Below are positions 20,284 to 30,853 of a stretch of 64,000 bases of DNA, one piece after another. The position numbers and the translations under genes were made by a program. Positions within the stretch are counted from its first letter, which is position 1. Each line of letters begins with the position of its first letter. The notes below the pieces were generated by a model. That model made no database searches, was not told the origin of the DNA, and saw nothing but the letters and a program-made list of their open reading frames with translations. Origin of the DNA: Clostridia bacterium (lineage in GTDB: Bacteria; Bacillota; Clostridia; CAKSNL01; HGM11501); the NCBI GenBank assembly GCA_045545475.1, contig JAZQAZ010000023.1, positions 32,001 to 96,000 on the forward strand, written 5' to 3'.

Positions 20284-23200
20284 TTAGTCTCTTTCGTTTT
20301 CGTACTTCTGGATATTGTCAAGATCTGCTGCTTCTACATTTGTGTAAATAGCCATAGACTTGAACGCCTTGTTTTCCATCTGAAGAAGTACCCAGTCGCC
20401 TTCAGCAACTTCTGTGGAGGCAACAGCCTTTACATAACCTGTTTCACAGTCATAGCTTGCAGACTTCTTACCGGAAACTGCACATACGATAGCTTCAGAA
20501 GCACCGTCACCATATTCTACGATAACCTTACCGTTAGCAACAGTTCTTACCTTACCGAATACAACTTCTCTTTCCCATTTACCCCAGGATACGCTTCCGT
20601 CTGTAGCATAGAGATACATATCGGAAGTACCGTCGATAATTCTGGAAAGAACAGCCTTAATGGGGAAGTAACCCATCTTGAAGGTTGCGTCAGCGTTGCC
20701 GTCGATTGTAAGAGAACCCTTGTGGAATTCATCAAATGTGATTGTGTAGTTACCATACCAGTAACCGCCCGTGGACCATGTGTAGGGATTTACTACGTCA
20801 CCGATGTTATAATCGGTGTCTGCTCCGAGGTAACCGTATTCATAGGTATTGTCTTCAATAGCATACTTTGTCTGATATGCACCGTTGTTGATAAAGCCGA
20901 TTTCATAGCCGAATTCTGCTTCGCCTTCGAAATCAAGAACTGTATCCTGCATATATTCAACCATGATGTATGCACCAAATTCGCTTGCACTCCTACTTCC
21001 GGATCCGCCGTCGTTACCGGAGAGAACAACTGCAACTGTTCCGTCTTCAGCAACGTCGAAGAGAACGTGACCGTGACCACCGTCTCTTGCACCTGTACCC
21101 CACTTTGTTACGTTGTACTTATCGTCGGTAGCAGGATTTGTCTTGGATGCTCTGAACATTACTGTTCCGTTGAATGTGTAAGGTGTTCCGTACATACCGC
21201 CACCGTTGATGTGGTAAGGAGAACCACTTACGTTTACGTCTTCGAATGTGAAGTAAGAACTCTTATCTTCATCTTCAGGAACCTGAGAAGAAGGCATTGC
21301 TGTAACGATTTCCTTTATAGCTCCGTTTGAGTCAAGAGCATATTTTATAATCTGCTCGTAAGGACGGCTGGCAGATGCTGTTGCATAGCTTGTTCCGTTC
21401 TGTAAGCTTGCATATTTAGCAGACTTCTTAAGAAGAGTGAATAACTCGTCAGCTGTGATGGATGATGCCTTACCTTCATCGTTAAGACGATATGTAGTTG
21501 TTCCCATATCGGTGAACTTCATATTATCAGCTAAGGAATAAGTAGCTTTCTTGCCGGAAGCATCCATGAGCTTAACCATTACGGTTTCGCCGAATACCTG
21601 AGTTTCATCATCAATTGCAACGTCCATAAGGAGACCATAACTTAATGCAGCAAGACCTGTCTGTGCTTCAGCATAGAATACATAACCATCCTTATTTATA
21701 CCGAGCTTAAGGCTTGCACCGTTCTTATATCCGGAAAGGACATCGCTGCCTTCGATTTCTTCATACTTGGTATCGCCGATTACAACATATCCGGAACCCT
21801 TTCTTGCAACAGTTCCATTTACTAATTTTCCGCCAAGATTTACTGTGTAGTGGTTAGCCCACATTCTGATATATACAACAGTACCTGCCTTGATGTCAGA
21901 GAACTCACCCTTTGTACCATCAGCCTTGATGATATCAACTGTGATTTCCTTATCGTCATCAAATTCTTCATCTTCATCAAGCATTACGCTGTATTCTTCG
22001 TGAACAGCTCCGCCATAATAGCTTGTTCCGATAATTGTCTTGCTGGAAGACTTAACTGTCTCAACATACATAGGAATGTATTCGTTGATGTAAATAAGGT
22101 CATAAACCTTTGTTCCGGTTGTGGATATAAGAGTAATATCGCCGGACTCAAGATCAAATGTAGAATCTGTAAGATTTCTTGCATAAGCAACACCGTTGTA
22201 AATAACGTCGGGTTCATCAGCAAGTTCAAGTTCCATTTCATCTTCTTCTACATATATTTCAAGAAGGTTACCGTCTACATCAGCATCGATAACGTCTTCG
22301 CTCTTGAATGTGATAGTCTTTGTCTTTTCATAGGGGAACATGCAATAGAGTTCGCCCTTCTTGTCATCATACTCGTCATACTTAACATAAGCCTTAACTC
22401 TGTAACCCAAATAATCCTTATATGAATCATTATAAATTTCAAACTCTGTTCCGCCAAGATCGCTCTCTTCGCCGATTTCGATTACACCGGGTTCTGTTGC
22501 ATGATAAACAGAATCAACACCGGAATTTTCGGTTGCTACAACATAGCACTTTTCAATTATATCAAGACCGAACACATTATTGAGTATGTTCTTTCCTGTT
22601 TCATATACATTGTAATTGCCGTCAATCTTGTCAAGTACAAGATAATCAGCTGTAAGAGAATTGAAAAGAAGAACCATAACCTGCTGTCTTGTAACAGCAA
22701 CACCGCTCTGGCCGTTAACGTTCTTTAATATCTTAAGCTGTTCAGCTGTCTTTATGTAGCCTGCAGGATATCCGCCGTATGTTACAGCCATGAAGTCATA
22801 TCCAAGTGCAGATACAACAAACTTTACAGCCTCTTCGTAAAGAATGTTGTTATCAGGCTTAAATGTGCCGTCTGTATAACCGCTTACAATACCCTGGCCT
22901 CTTAAATATTCAACGTCATTATAAGCCCAATGGAGCTCAGAGATGTCGCTGAAAGAAGGGTCAGCAAGGTCAGAAGAATCAATGTCGGTGTGGTAATTTT
23001 TTGCACCAACATTAACGCTTGAAGCACCTGCGAAAGCTGTTTCTGCTTCCTGTGCAGCTTTTACAGCAGCAATGTTTTCAGGTGTTTCGCTTAACTTTGT
23101 GTTGATGATTGCGCCTGCGTTTAAGTTGAGTTCATCGGTTCCCTGGAGCATTCTTGCGAGCATAGACGCAAATTCAGCTCTGGTGATGTTCTTCTCAAGA

Positions 23201-23382
23201 CCGAGTGAACCGTCCTCATAGCCCTGAACGATATTCAGAGTCATAAGAAGTTCAGCTGCCTCAAGGACAACATCCTTTCCGACTGTTTCAACACCCGCTG
23301 CCGCAACTGTTGCGGGGGTCATGGCAACTAAGCCGATTGCCATTGTGAGTGCCAGGATCAATGCAAGTAATTTGTTTCTCAT
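20284..23382 (-). CDS. Probable S-layer protein with N-terminal SLH domains
   Basis: Signal peptide; GYEDGSLGLEKNITRAEF, FSDISELHWA...GYTDGTFKP, VTRQQV; acidic; strongly biased codons. Confidence 0.85.
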   Translation of the reverse strand: MRNKLLALILALTMAIGLVAMTPATVAAAGVETVGKDVVLEAAELLMTLNIVQGYEDGSLGLEKNITRAEFASMLARMLQGTDELNLNAGAIINTKLSETPENIAAVKAAQEAETAFAGASSVNVGAKNYHTDIDSSDLADPSFSDISELHWAYNDVEYLRGQGIVSGYTDGTFKPDNNILYEEAVKFVVSALGYDFMAVTYGGYPAGYIKTAEQLKILKNVNGQSGVAVTRQQVMVLLFNSLTADYLVLDKIDGNYNVYETGKNILNNVFGLDIIEKCYVVATENSGVDSVYHATEPGVIEIGEESDLGGTEFEIYNDSYKDYLGYRVKAYVKYDEYDDKKGELYCMFPYEKTKTITFKSEDVIDADVDGNLLEIYVEEDEMELELADEPDVIYNGVAYARNLTDSTFDLESGDITLISTTGTKVYDLIYINEYIPMYVETVKSSSKTIIGTSYYGGAVHEEYSVMLDEDEEFDDDKEITVDIIKADGTKGEFSDIKAGTVVYIRMWANHYTVNLGGKLVNGTVARKGSGYVVIGDTKYEEIEGSDVLSGYKNGASLKLGINKDGYVFYAEAQTGLAALSYGLLMDVAIDDETQVFGETVMVKLMDASGKKATYSLADNMKFTDMGTTTYRLNDEGKASSITADELFTLLKKSAKYASLQNGTSYATASASRPYEQIIKYALDSNGAIKEIVTAMPSSQVPEDEDKSSYFTFEDVNVSGSPYHINGGGMYGTPYTFNGTVMFRASKTNPATDDKYNVTKWGTGARDGGHGHVLFDVAEDGTVAVVLSGNDGGSGSRSASEFGAYIMVEYMQDTVLDFEGEAEFGYEIGFINNGAYQTKYAIEDNTYEYGYLGADTDYNIGDVVNPYTWSTGGYWYGNYTITFDEFHKGSLTIDGNADATFKMGYFPIKAVLSRIIDGTSDMYLYATDGSVSWGKWEREVVFGKVRTVANGKVIVEYGDGASEAIVCAVSGKKSASYDCETGYVKAVASTEVAEGDWVLLQMENKAFKSMAIYTNVEAADLDNIQKYENERD

Positions 23383-23509
23383 GTTGTTACTCCTCCCTGA
23401 TTTTTAATTACTTTTATTATGTTTATATATTCATTGTTCCGCCTGAAATTCACCTTCGGAACAAGTAAATAAGGACATAATCATACCACTTGCATGATAT
23501 AGTATTTTA

Positions 23510-23538
23510 ATTATAACACACTCTTGTCATTTTAGCAA
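23510..23538 (-). promoter_or_regulatory. SigA promoter of S-layer gene
   Basis: TTGCTA-17-TATAAT with extended TG, about 120 nt upstream of ATG. Confidence 0.65.
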
Positions 23539-23731
23539 GAAAAAAGTTAATTTTTTTTAATTTTTTTTATTTTTAACTAAATTCCATAATAATTCCTCAC
23601 ATACGGAACAAATCCGGATGTAAAAATTATATACTTCGGGTATATAATCACACATTTCTTTTTAATATATATTTAAAAGGAAGCTTTTCGTTATTTTTTC
23701 TATATACAGATAAAATAAATTAAAATTACTA

Positions 23732-23760
23732 TTGATAAATTGTTTTTTTTGGTGTATAAT
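23732..23760 (+). promoter_or_regulatory. Promoter of ffs
   Basis: TTGATA-17-TATAAT, 6 nt before the RNA 5' stem. Confidence 0.75.
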
Positions 23761-23766
23761 AAAAAA

Positions 23767-24036
23767 GTCGTACCGGTCGGGGTGGTAGCGGTGCCCTGTA
23801 GCCCTCAATCCGCTATAGTGGGGACGATCTCCTTTAGGAGGGAACTTCGGTGTATGGCAGGCTTATATCAAGGGCTGTGACGGCCTGGTCCTGCGCAATG
23901 ACGAGCCGTGAACCTTGTCAGGTGGGGAACCAAGCAGCAATAAGCGGTGTCCGTCATGTGCCGCGGGGGCGCCTGGCCTGAGCTTTTTGATATAAATACC
24001 GCATGCATTAAAGTTTCCGACTAAAGGATGTACGAC
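23767..24036 (+). ncRNA. ffs: Large (Alu-containing) bacterial SRP RNA
   Basis: Terminal stem GTCGTAC/GTACGAC; Alu-like GGTAGCGGTGCCCTGTA...AATCCGCTA; domain IV GTCAGGT-GGGGAACC-AAGCAGC; ffs-dnaX-ybaB-recR synteny. Confidence 0.93.
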
Positions 24037-24109
24037 TTTTTTAGTATCCAAATTTCAATAAAGAAATTTGGATACGGACATTTCGAAAAAACAAAAAGGA
24101 GGCATTACC

Positions 24110-25816
24110 GTGAGTGAACACATCGCTTTATACAGAAAGTGGAGACCTTTAACATTTTCAGACGTTATCGGCCAGGAGCATATTACCCGCACACTTCAAA
24201 ACGAAGTCACATCGGGCAAAACCGGTCATGCCTTTTTATTCTGCGGAGGACGAGGAACAGGCAAAACCTCCACGGCAAGAATTTTATCCAGGGCACTTAA
24301 CTGTCTTTCACCGGTTAACGGAGACCCATGCAACGAATGTAGTGCCTGCAAGGGAATTTTATCCGGAGAAATAATGGACATTATAGAAATCGATGCTGCC
24401 AGTAACAACGGCGTAGATAATATAAGAGACTTGCGAAGCGAAGCCAGATTCGCTGCTGCAGAAGCTAAGTATAAGGTTTATATAATCGACGAGGTACATA
24501 TGCTTTCAGGCGGTGCATTCAACGCCCTATTAAAGCTCCTCGAAGAGCCTCCCGAAGGAGTAATCTTCATATTGGCAACCACAGAAACCCATAAAGTTCC
24601 AGCCACTATACTCTCCCGTTGTCAGAGATTTGACTTCAGAAGAATAACGGCAGATGATATCGCCTCCCGAATAGCATACGTTGCCCGTGAGGAGAACATT
24701 TCCGTGGACGAAGGTGCAGTACACTTAATCGCAAGATGTGCAGATGGTGCTCTTCGTGACGCCCTGAGCCTTCTTGACCAATGCAGTGCAATCTCGGACA
24801 GCGTTACAGAAGAAGGAGTATATTCCCTACTCGGCCTTACAGAAAAGAATTTTCTGTACAGGACCGTGCGTTCCATAGCGACAAACGACGCCAAAAGAAC
24901 ACTATCCATGGTTGACGATTTCATAGCATCCGGAAAAAGTGCTTCAAAATTTATAGATTCTCTGACAGATTACTTCACAACACTTTTACGATTTGCGGTT
25001 TCCGAAACGGTATTTTCAGACTATACAGATGAAGAAAAGGAAGAATTTCGCCTTGCCTCTACAGAGATGACGAAAGAACGAATGATGTTTTGCATCGACA
25101 CTCTCCTTAAGGCATCTTCCGATTTGCGGTTTATGACAAACGACAGAATTATGCTGGATATCGCTGTTATAAAAATGTGCAATCCCATATATGCTTCCGG
25201 CGAAGATGCGGTAATTTTAAGGCTGTCTGAACTGGAAAGAAAGATAGCATCAGGAATTGCCTTTGCTCCGGAAGAGACTTCGACACCTTCACCCGCGGAC
25301 GCTCCTACCCCTGCAAAAAAGCAAAAGATTATAAGAAAAACAGAGCCGACAAGCGAGGAAATAAAGGCAATAAGCGACAAATGGAAAGACATTTGTAAAG
25401 ACACACGTAATATCAAGCTCTTAATTGCCCTTGAGCGTTCAAGTGTGCGTGAAGACGAAGGAAACCTCGTTCTCCTTTTTGATGATACGGATAAGATAAT
25501 GCTTGACATTTTAGCTCAGGAGGACACCAAAACGGCTCTTTCCGAGCTCATAGTGAAGCATACAGGACTTTCTCCCAAAATCATAGCACGGCTTGCAAGC
25601 TATTACGAAGACGAAGCTGGTATAGCGGAGGAAGACCCTCTTAATCTTATAGAAGCAGACGGTGAAGAAAATACCGAAGAAGTCCAAAGCGAGGCTTCAA
25701 CATCACCTGATGCACCTCCCCCTCCTGCAGTAGAGGAGGAGGAAGACGAGGACGACAGCGAAGAAGAGTTTTCATTTGAAGAGAATGATGACGATGATGA
25801 ACACGAAGAATTTTGA
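24110..25816 (+). CDS. dnaX: DNA polymerase III subunit gamma/tau
   Basis: [43 protein letters not shown]; GTG start after AAAAGGAGG. Confidence 0.98.
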   Translation: MSEHIALYRKWRPLTFSDVIGQEHITRTLQNEVTSGKTGHAFLFCGGRGTGKTSTARILSRALNCLSPVNGDPCNECSACKGILSGEIMDIIEIDAASNNGVDNIRDLRSEARFAAAEAKYKVYIIDEVHMLSGGAFNALLKLLEEPPEGVIFILATTETHKVPATILSRCQRFDFRRITADDIASRIAYVAREENISVDEGAVHLIARCADGALRDALSLLDQCSAISDSVTEEGVYSLLGLTEKNFLYRTVRSIATNDAKRTLSMVDDFIASGKSASKFIDSLTDYFTTLLRFAVSETVFSDYTDEEKEEFRLASTEMTKERMMFCIDTLLKASSDLRFMTNDRIMLDIAVIKMCNPIYASGEDAVILRLSELERKIASGIAFAPEETSTPSPADAPTPAKKQKIIRKTEPTSEEIKAISDKWKDICKDTRNIKLLIALERSSVREDEGNLVLLFDDTDKIMLDILAQEDTKTALSELIVKHTGLSPKIIARLASYYEDEAGIAEEDPLNLIEADGEENTEEVQSEASTSPDAPPPPAVEEEEDEDDSEEEFSFEENDDDDEHEEF

Positions 25817-25836
25817 TTTTTGAAAGGATGATTATT

Positions 25837-26196
25837 ATGGCAAAAGGCGGATTTCCCGGCGGTGGAAGATACGGTGCAATGGGCGGAGGAAACATGAATC
25901 AGATGCTTAAGCAGGCACAAAAAATGCAGGCCGAAATGATGAAAGCACAGGAAGAAATGGAAGTAACCGAATACAGTGCAACTGTTGGCGGAGGAGTTGT
26001 TACGGCAACAGTTTCCGGAAAAAAGACCCTCCTTTCGCTCACGATAGCCCCCGAAGCAGTTGATCCGGATGATGTTGAAATGCTTCAGGATTTGGTTATT
26101 TCCGCAGTTAACGAAGCAATGAAAAAGGCGGACGATGCTGCCATGAGTTCAATGAGCAAATTAACCGGCGGCATGAATATTCCCGGTCTTTTCTAA
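25837..26196 (+). CDS. YbaB/EbfC nucleoid-associated protein
   Basis: [28 protein letters not shown]; between dnaX and recR. Confidence 0.95.
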   Translation: MAKGGFPGGGRYGAMGGGNMNQMLKQAQKMQAEMMKAQEEMEVTEYSATVGGGVVTATVSGKKTLLSLTIAPEAVDPDDVEMLQDLVISAVNEAMKKADDAAMSSMSKLTGGMNIPGLF

Positions 26197-26204
26197 GGTG
26201 AATT

Positions 26205-26798
26205 ATGTATATAGCACCACTTGCCGCATTGATTGAGCATTTTGAAAGGCTCCCCGGAATAGGCCACAAAACGGCTGTTCGTTTAAGTTTCAGCGTTTTG
26301 TCCTCCACCGATGAAGAAGCAAAAAGCTTTGCCGATGCCATACTTAATGCAAAAAGTTCCATACATTATTGCAGCATATGCCAGGATTTAACCGATGGAG
26401 ATACCTGCAGAATATGTCAAAGCCCGAAACGTGATAAGAGCATAATCTGTGTGGTAGAAGGTCCGAAAGATGTTCTGGCTATGGAAAAAACAGGCGAATT
26501 CAACGGCCTTTACCATGTACTTCACGGAGTTATTTCCCCGATGGACGGAATAGGCCCTGAGGATATTAAGGCAAAAGAGCTTGTTGCCCGTCTTTCATCC
26601 GACGAGGTTAAAGAAGTAATCATGGCCACAAACTTGACTGTTGAAGGCGAAGCCACTGCAACATACCTTGCACGACTTATAAAACCCACAGGCGTAAAGG
26701 TAACAAGAATTGCCAGAGGAGTTCCCGTAGGAGGGGACCTTGAATATGTGGACGAGGTAACCCTTACCATGGCCCTCGAAGGCAGAAGAGAGATATAA
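26205..26798 (+). CDS. recR: Recombination mediator RecR
   Basis: [10 protein letters not shown]4 zinc finger, [20 protein letters not shown]. Confidence 0.98.
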   Translation: MYIAPLAALIEHFERLPGIGHKTAVRLSFSVLSSTDEEAKSFADAILNAKSSIHYCSICQDLTDGDTCRICQSPKRDKSIICVVEGPKDVLAMEKTGEFNGLYHVLHGVISPMDGIGPEDIKAKELVARLSSDEVKEVIMATNLTVEGEATATYLARLIKPTGVKVTRIARGVPVGGDLEYVDEVTLTMALEGRREI

Positions 26799-26832
26799 AA
26801 AATACGGTGTGAATTTCACACCGTATTTTTTT
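26797..26832. terminator. Bidirectional terminator
   Basis: aaaaatacggtgtga-att-tcacaccgtattttt. Confidence 0.9.
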
Positions 26833-27706
26833 ATTTCATACTCATTAATGCTTCTACTCTTTTTTCTATCGGCGGGTGCGTAGAAAAAAGATTTGAAAGT
26901 TTTTTCATGGGATCGGAAATATACATTCCTTCAGTCGCCTTATTTGCTCGCATAACAGGCGTCGGATTACCGCTTATCTTAAGAAGTGCCGAAGCAAGAG
27001 CCTCCGGTCTTCCGGTAAGGTCAGCCGCCGTGGCATCTGCAAGGTATTCCCTGTTTCTGGACAAGCACATCCTAAGGAGCTGTCCGGCAATAGGTGCAAA
27101 TATCATAAGAACAAGTCCGATTATAGCAAGAATTCCGTTTCCGGAATTTCTGTCCGACCTTCTTCTTCCCCCGCCCCATAAAAGACTACGGGAGAAAATA
27201 TCCGAAATTATTATAATAGCACCAACCATTATGGATGCAACCGTCTGAAGCAGGATATCATAATTCTTTATGTGCCCCACTTCATGAGCCAGCACGCCTC
27301 TAAGCTCATCCTGATCCAATGTGTTAAGCAGTCCTCTCGTAACAGCGACAGCAGAATGTGAAGGATTTCTTCCGGTTGCAAAGGCATTGGGTGAATTATC
27401 CTCTATCACATAAAGTTCGGGCATAGGAAGTCCTGCCTCTGTGCATATACCCGAAACAACGCTTCTCAAATATACCTCGTCATTCCCCGTAGCTTTTTTA
27501 GCTCCATTTGAAGCAAGAGCGATTTTAGCCGAATTCCAATAGGACAAGAGCGATGTTCCGATTGATATTACACCGGCTATCACGATGGCATAGTTGCCAT
27601 ACCCCATGCTATCCGCCACAAAATATACCAGAAGATATAAAAGCACAGCGATAACGCCGACAATAATTCCTGTTTTTATTTTATTTTTAGCTATTGCAAA
27701 ACCCAT
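26831..27706 (-). CDS. htpX: M48 zinc metalloprotease HtpX
   Basis: PNAFATGR, HEVGH (HExxH), SRNREYLAD, FSTHPP. Confidence 0.93.
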   Translation of the reverse strand: MGFAIAKNKIKTGIIVGVIAVLLYLLVYFVADSMGYGNYAIVIAGVISIGTSLLSYWNSAKIALASNGAKKATGNDEVYLRSVVSGICTEAGLPMPELYVIEDNSPNAFATGRNPSHSAVAVTRGLLNTLDQDELRGVLAHEVGHIKNYDILLQTVASIMVGAIIIISDIFSRSLLWGGGRRRSDRNSGNGILAIIGLVLMIFAPIAGQLLRMCLSRNREYLADATAADLTGRPEALASALLKISGNPTPVMRANKATEGMYISDPMKKLSNLFSTHPPIEKRVEALMSMK

Positions 27707-27717
27707 TTTATACTCCT

Positions 27718-29901
27718 TTATACATACTGAATAAACATATATTCGCCGGCAGGAACTATTTTTGTTTCATCGCTGATGATAATTTCCGTTTCAACGGGTG
27801 TTTCAATTTCATAGCGGATGAATCCTTCATCTTCATAAGTCCACTTGGATCGAACTTTTCCCTTTCTTGTTTCGATGGATGCCTCCAAGTAGCCGAGTCT
27901 CTTATCGGGAGTAGGCTTAATTAATATCTTTTCAAACCCGGGAGCTTCTTCGCATCTGTTAATACCTGCGGCAACCATATATACCCAGTCAGCCACTGCA
28001 CCGTATGCATAATGATTGAATGAGTTCATATTTGTACTCCAGAATGTGCCGTCTGCTTTCTTTCCGTCCCAGTGCTCCCATATGGTGGTTGCACCCATGT
28101 TAACAGAGAAGAGCCAGGAAGGATATTCCTCCTGAAGAAGGATGCTGTATGCCACATCCGCATAGCCGTTCTGTGAAAGAGCGTGAAGAAGATAAGGTGT
28201 TCCCACAAAGCCTGTTGTAAGCTTGTTTCCGTTTGCCTTAACCAAACAAGCTAAGCTCTTTGCGGTTTTCTTCATATCCTTTGCAAGCTTGAAGTAAAGG
28301 GCGATTGCATGCTCAGTCTGAGTTTTGTAATCATCATTCCATACTTCCCGGAATTTCTTTACAATGTTCTTGTAAAGCTTTTCGTACTTTTCAACATCCT
28401 TGCCCAGGATTTTACCGGCTTTGATAACCAGAGATGTGGAATAAGCATAATAACCCTGTGCGATTAAGTCTTCACGGCTTGAACCCTTGTAGCTTCCCTC
28501 GGGAGCGTCGATTCCCAGCCAGTCACCATACTGATGATGCCCCTTAAACATATACTTTTCCGTGGTTACGCTTGTCATATAGTCAACATACTTGTGCATT
28601 GATTCGAACTGGTCGGAAAGTATCTTCTTGTTTCCGTAGGTAAGATATACCTCCCAGGGGCAGATTGTCGCCGCATCGCCCCAGGCTGCACCTGAGGAAC
28701 GGAGAGACTTCTTGTTTGCTTCGGGAAGTCCCTTGAAATAGAAGGGGACCATCTTGGGAACTCCGCCGTCTTCACCGGATGCCGCCTCCAAGTCGTGAAG
28801 CCACTTTGTAAAGAACTTTTCAACGTCATAGTTAAATGTTGCTGTACGGCAGAACACCTGAGTATCACCCGTCCATCCCATACGCTCATTTCTCTGGGGG
28901 CAATCCGTGGGAACATCAAGATAGTTATCCTTCTGACCCCAGAAAATGTTATCAAAAAGTCTGTTAAGCTTTTTGTTGGAGCTGTTTAAGTAACCGGTTT
29001 TCTTCATGTCTGAGTATACACAGATACCTGTGAAGTTGTCAGGATTTACTTTTCTTCCCGGATGCTTTATGAGTCTTATATATCTGAATGCCTGGAAGGA
29101 GAACTTTGGCTTATATGTGTTAAGCCCTTCCCTGCAGGTGTAGTCAGTAAGCGTTTTTGCCGTACGGTAGTTTTCACGGTAAAAGTTTCCGTCTTTATCA
29201 AGAATTTCACCGCAGTCAAAGATAAGCTTTTCGCCTTCCTTTGCCTCAACGGAAAATTCCACATAACCTGTCATATTCTGACCGAAGTCCAGAATTTTTT
29301 CGCCGTTGGGTGCTTTTATAAGGGTGGGCTTTATTATCTCGTGCTCTGTTATTTTCTCACCTTCCTGGGGAATCAATACCTTTTTGCTCCATTTGGTGAA
29401 TTTTGCATTTACGCCTTTTTTGTCGTTAAAACGGGCATCGATTGTTTCACCATGGTAGATGTCGGTATAGAGAATAGTGCTTCTCTTTGTCTTCCATGTT
29501 TCATCGGTTTCGATTTTTTCTTCCGTTCCGTCTTCATATGTAATATCAATATCTCCGATTATTGCGATGGGCGGTGTAATCTGATAGCCTTTCTCGATTC
29601 TTGCAATTGAACCACTCATCCATCCCGGACCGACTTCTACTTCAACAAGACTCTTTTTACGAATCATAGACGTTACATCGTATGTCTGATACTGAATTCT
29701 CTTTTCATACTGTGTCCAGCCTGGAGCAAGAACAAAATCTCCCACTCTTTCCCCGTCAATTCTGGCCTCATACACGCCGAGTGCAGTAAGGGTAAAGCTT
29801 GCTTTCTTTACTTTTTTGGCTAAATCCAACTTTTTATAAAATATAACTGCAGTACCTTGTTCATATTCTGCCGCATGTGTTATCCAGTTCGCTTTTATCA
29901 T
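27718..29901 (-). CDS. GH78 alpha-L-rhamnosidase-like glycoside hydrolase (no signal peptide)
   Basis: TALGVYE, DFGQN, PTDCPQRNERMGWTGD, AAWGDA, YGDWL, GATTIWEHWD, NSFNHY. Confidence 0.93.
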   Translation of the reverse strand: MIKANWITHAAEYEQGTAVIFYKKLDLAKKVKKASFTLTALGVYEARIDGERVGDFVLAPGWTQYEKRIQYQTYDVTSMIRKKSLVEVEVGPGWMSGSIARIEKGYQITPPIAIIGDIDITYEDGTEEKIETDETWKTKRSTILYTDIYHGETIDARFNDKKGVNAKFTKWSKKVLIPQEGEKITEHEIIKPTLIKAPNGEKILDFGQNMTGYVEFSVEAKEGEKLIFDCGEILDKDGNFYRENYRTAKTLTDYTCREGLNTYKPKFSFQAFRYIRLIKHPGRKVNPDNFTGICVYSDMKKTGYLNSSNKKLNRLFDNIFWGQKDNYLDVPTDCPQRNERMGWTGDTQVFCRTATFNYDVEKFFTKWLHDLEAASGEDGGVPKMVPFYFKGLPEANKKSLRSSGAAWGDAATICPWEVYLTYGNKKILSDQFESMHKYVDYMTSVTTEKYMFKGHHQYGDWLGIDAPEGSYKGSSREDLIAQGYYAYSTSLVIKAGKILGKDVEKYEKLYKNIVKKFREVWNDDYKTQTEHAIALYFKLAKDMKKTAKSLACLVKANGNKLTTGFVGTPYLLHALSQNGYADVAYSILLQEEYPSWLFSVNMGATTIWEHWDGKKADGTFWSTNMNSFNHYAYGAVADWVYMVAAGINRCEEAPGFEKILIKPTPDKRLGYLEASIETRKGKVRSKWTYEDEGFIRYEIETPVETEIIISDETKIVPAGEYMFIQYV

Positions 29902-29931
29902 AAACGTCTCCTCCTTTAATAAGTTACCTTG

Positions 29932-29960
29932 ATTATACTCTTTTATTTACCTCTTGTCAA
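29932..29960 (-). promoter_or_regulatory. SigA promoter of GH78-htpX
   Basis: TTGACA-17-TATAAT. Confidence 0.8.
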
Positions 29961-30013
29961 TCAAAAGGCTTTATGTTAGAATAAATTTAATATATAATAA
30001 AGGATGTTTTTCT

Positions 30014-30817
30014 ATGACAGAATTTTATTTACTAAAAAACAACTCAAACGGTCAGATGATGGGGCTTTTGTTCCGTGACGATGAAAACATAATAATTTTC
30101 GACGGTGGCACAGGCGGTGACTCTATCGGAATTTTATCCCTGCTCGAAGACTTGGGCGTATCACATATAGATGCCTGGTTTTTCACCCATCCTCATCCCG
30201 ACCATACTTTTGCATTCCGTGACATTTTATTAAACCACAAGGAAATTTCCGTTGGGAAAGTTTTAAGGAAATTTCCATCTCCCGAATTTATAAAGGAGCA
30301 CACCAAAAGAGGAGAATATGAATACAACGCCCTTGTGGAATTCAACAAGCTTGAAGACAAGCGTTTCGCATCTTTTAAAAAAGGTAATGTTTTCCACATC
30401 GGAAAATTCAAAATTGAAATAATGAGGGTTTTCAATCCTGAAATAACAAGCGATGTGGCAAATAACTCCTCTGCCGTTTTTAAGGTGACGGGCGAAAACA
30501 AAACTGTTCTTATCCTCGGTGACTTAGGAATTGAGGCAGGGCACGAAGTTATGGAAATGTATGGGCCCGAAAGCCTTGAAGCCGACTACACCCAAATGGC
30601 ACACCACGGGCAAAACGGAGTTGACAAATCATTTTATGAAAAATTCACTCCGAAGGCTTGTTTATGGGCTTCTCCCTCCTGGCTTTGGGACAACGACCAG
30701 GGAAACGGCTTTGACACAGGAATTTACAACACTGTAAGGACAAGGGAATGGATGGCAGAACTCGGCGTAACAGAGCATTATGTCGAAAAAGACGGCCCTA
30801 TCAGACTGGAAATATAA
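30014..30817 (+). CDS. MBL-fold metallo-hydrolase (ComEC-like)
   Basis: DGG, THPHPDH, NNSS, LGD, AHHG motifs. Confidence 0.88.
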   Translation: MTEFYLLKNNSNGQMMGLLFRDDENIIIFDGGTGGDSIGILSLLEDLGVSHIDAWFFTHPHPDHTFAFRDILLNHKEISVGKVLRKFPSPEFIKEHTKRGEYEYNALVEFNKLEDKRFASFKKGNVFHIGKFKIEIMRVFNPEITSDVANNSSAVFKVTGENKTVLILGDLGIEAGHEVMEMYGPESLEADYTQMAHHGQNGVDKSFYEKFTPKACLWASPSWLWDNDQGNGFDTGIYNTVRTREWMAELGVTEHYVEKDGPIRLEI

Positions 30818-30852
30818 AAAGCTTTGCAGCCAAAGGCTGCAAAGCTTTTTTT
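30816..30852. terminator. Bidirectional terminator
   Basis: aaaaagctttgcagcc-aaa-ggctgcaaagcttttt. Confidence 0.9.
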
Positions 30853-30853
30853 G

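Noticed and set aside
16149-22728. Many long antisense ORFs within SLH genes (likewise within tsf, rpsB and others)
   Set aside because: Expected from strong codon bias; no RBS or protein-like motifs
23626-23648. Palindrome attatatac-ttcgg-gtatataat as a small RNA or recombination site
   Set aside because: Short AT-rich hairpin in a divergent promoter region with no supporting context
23863-24051. 62-aa minus-strand ORF
   Set aside because: Antisense to the SRP RNA gene
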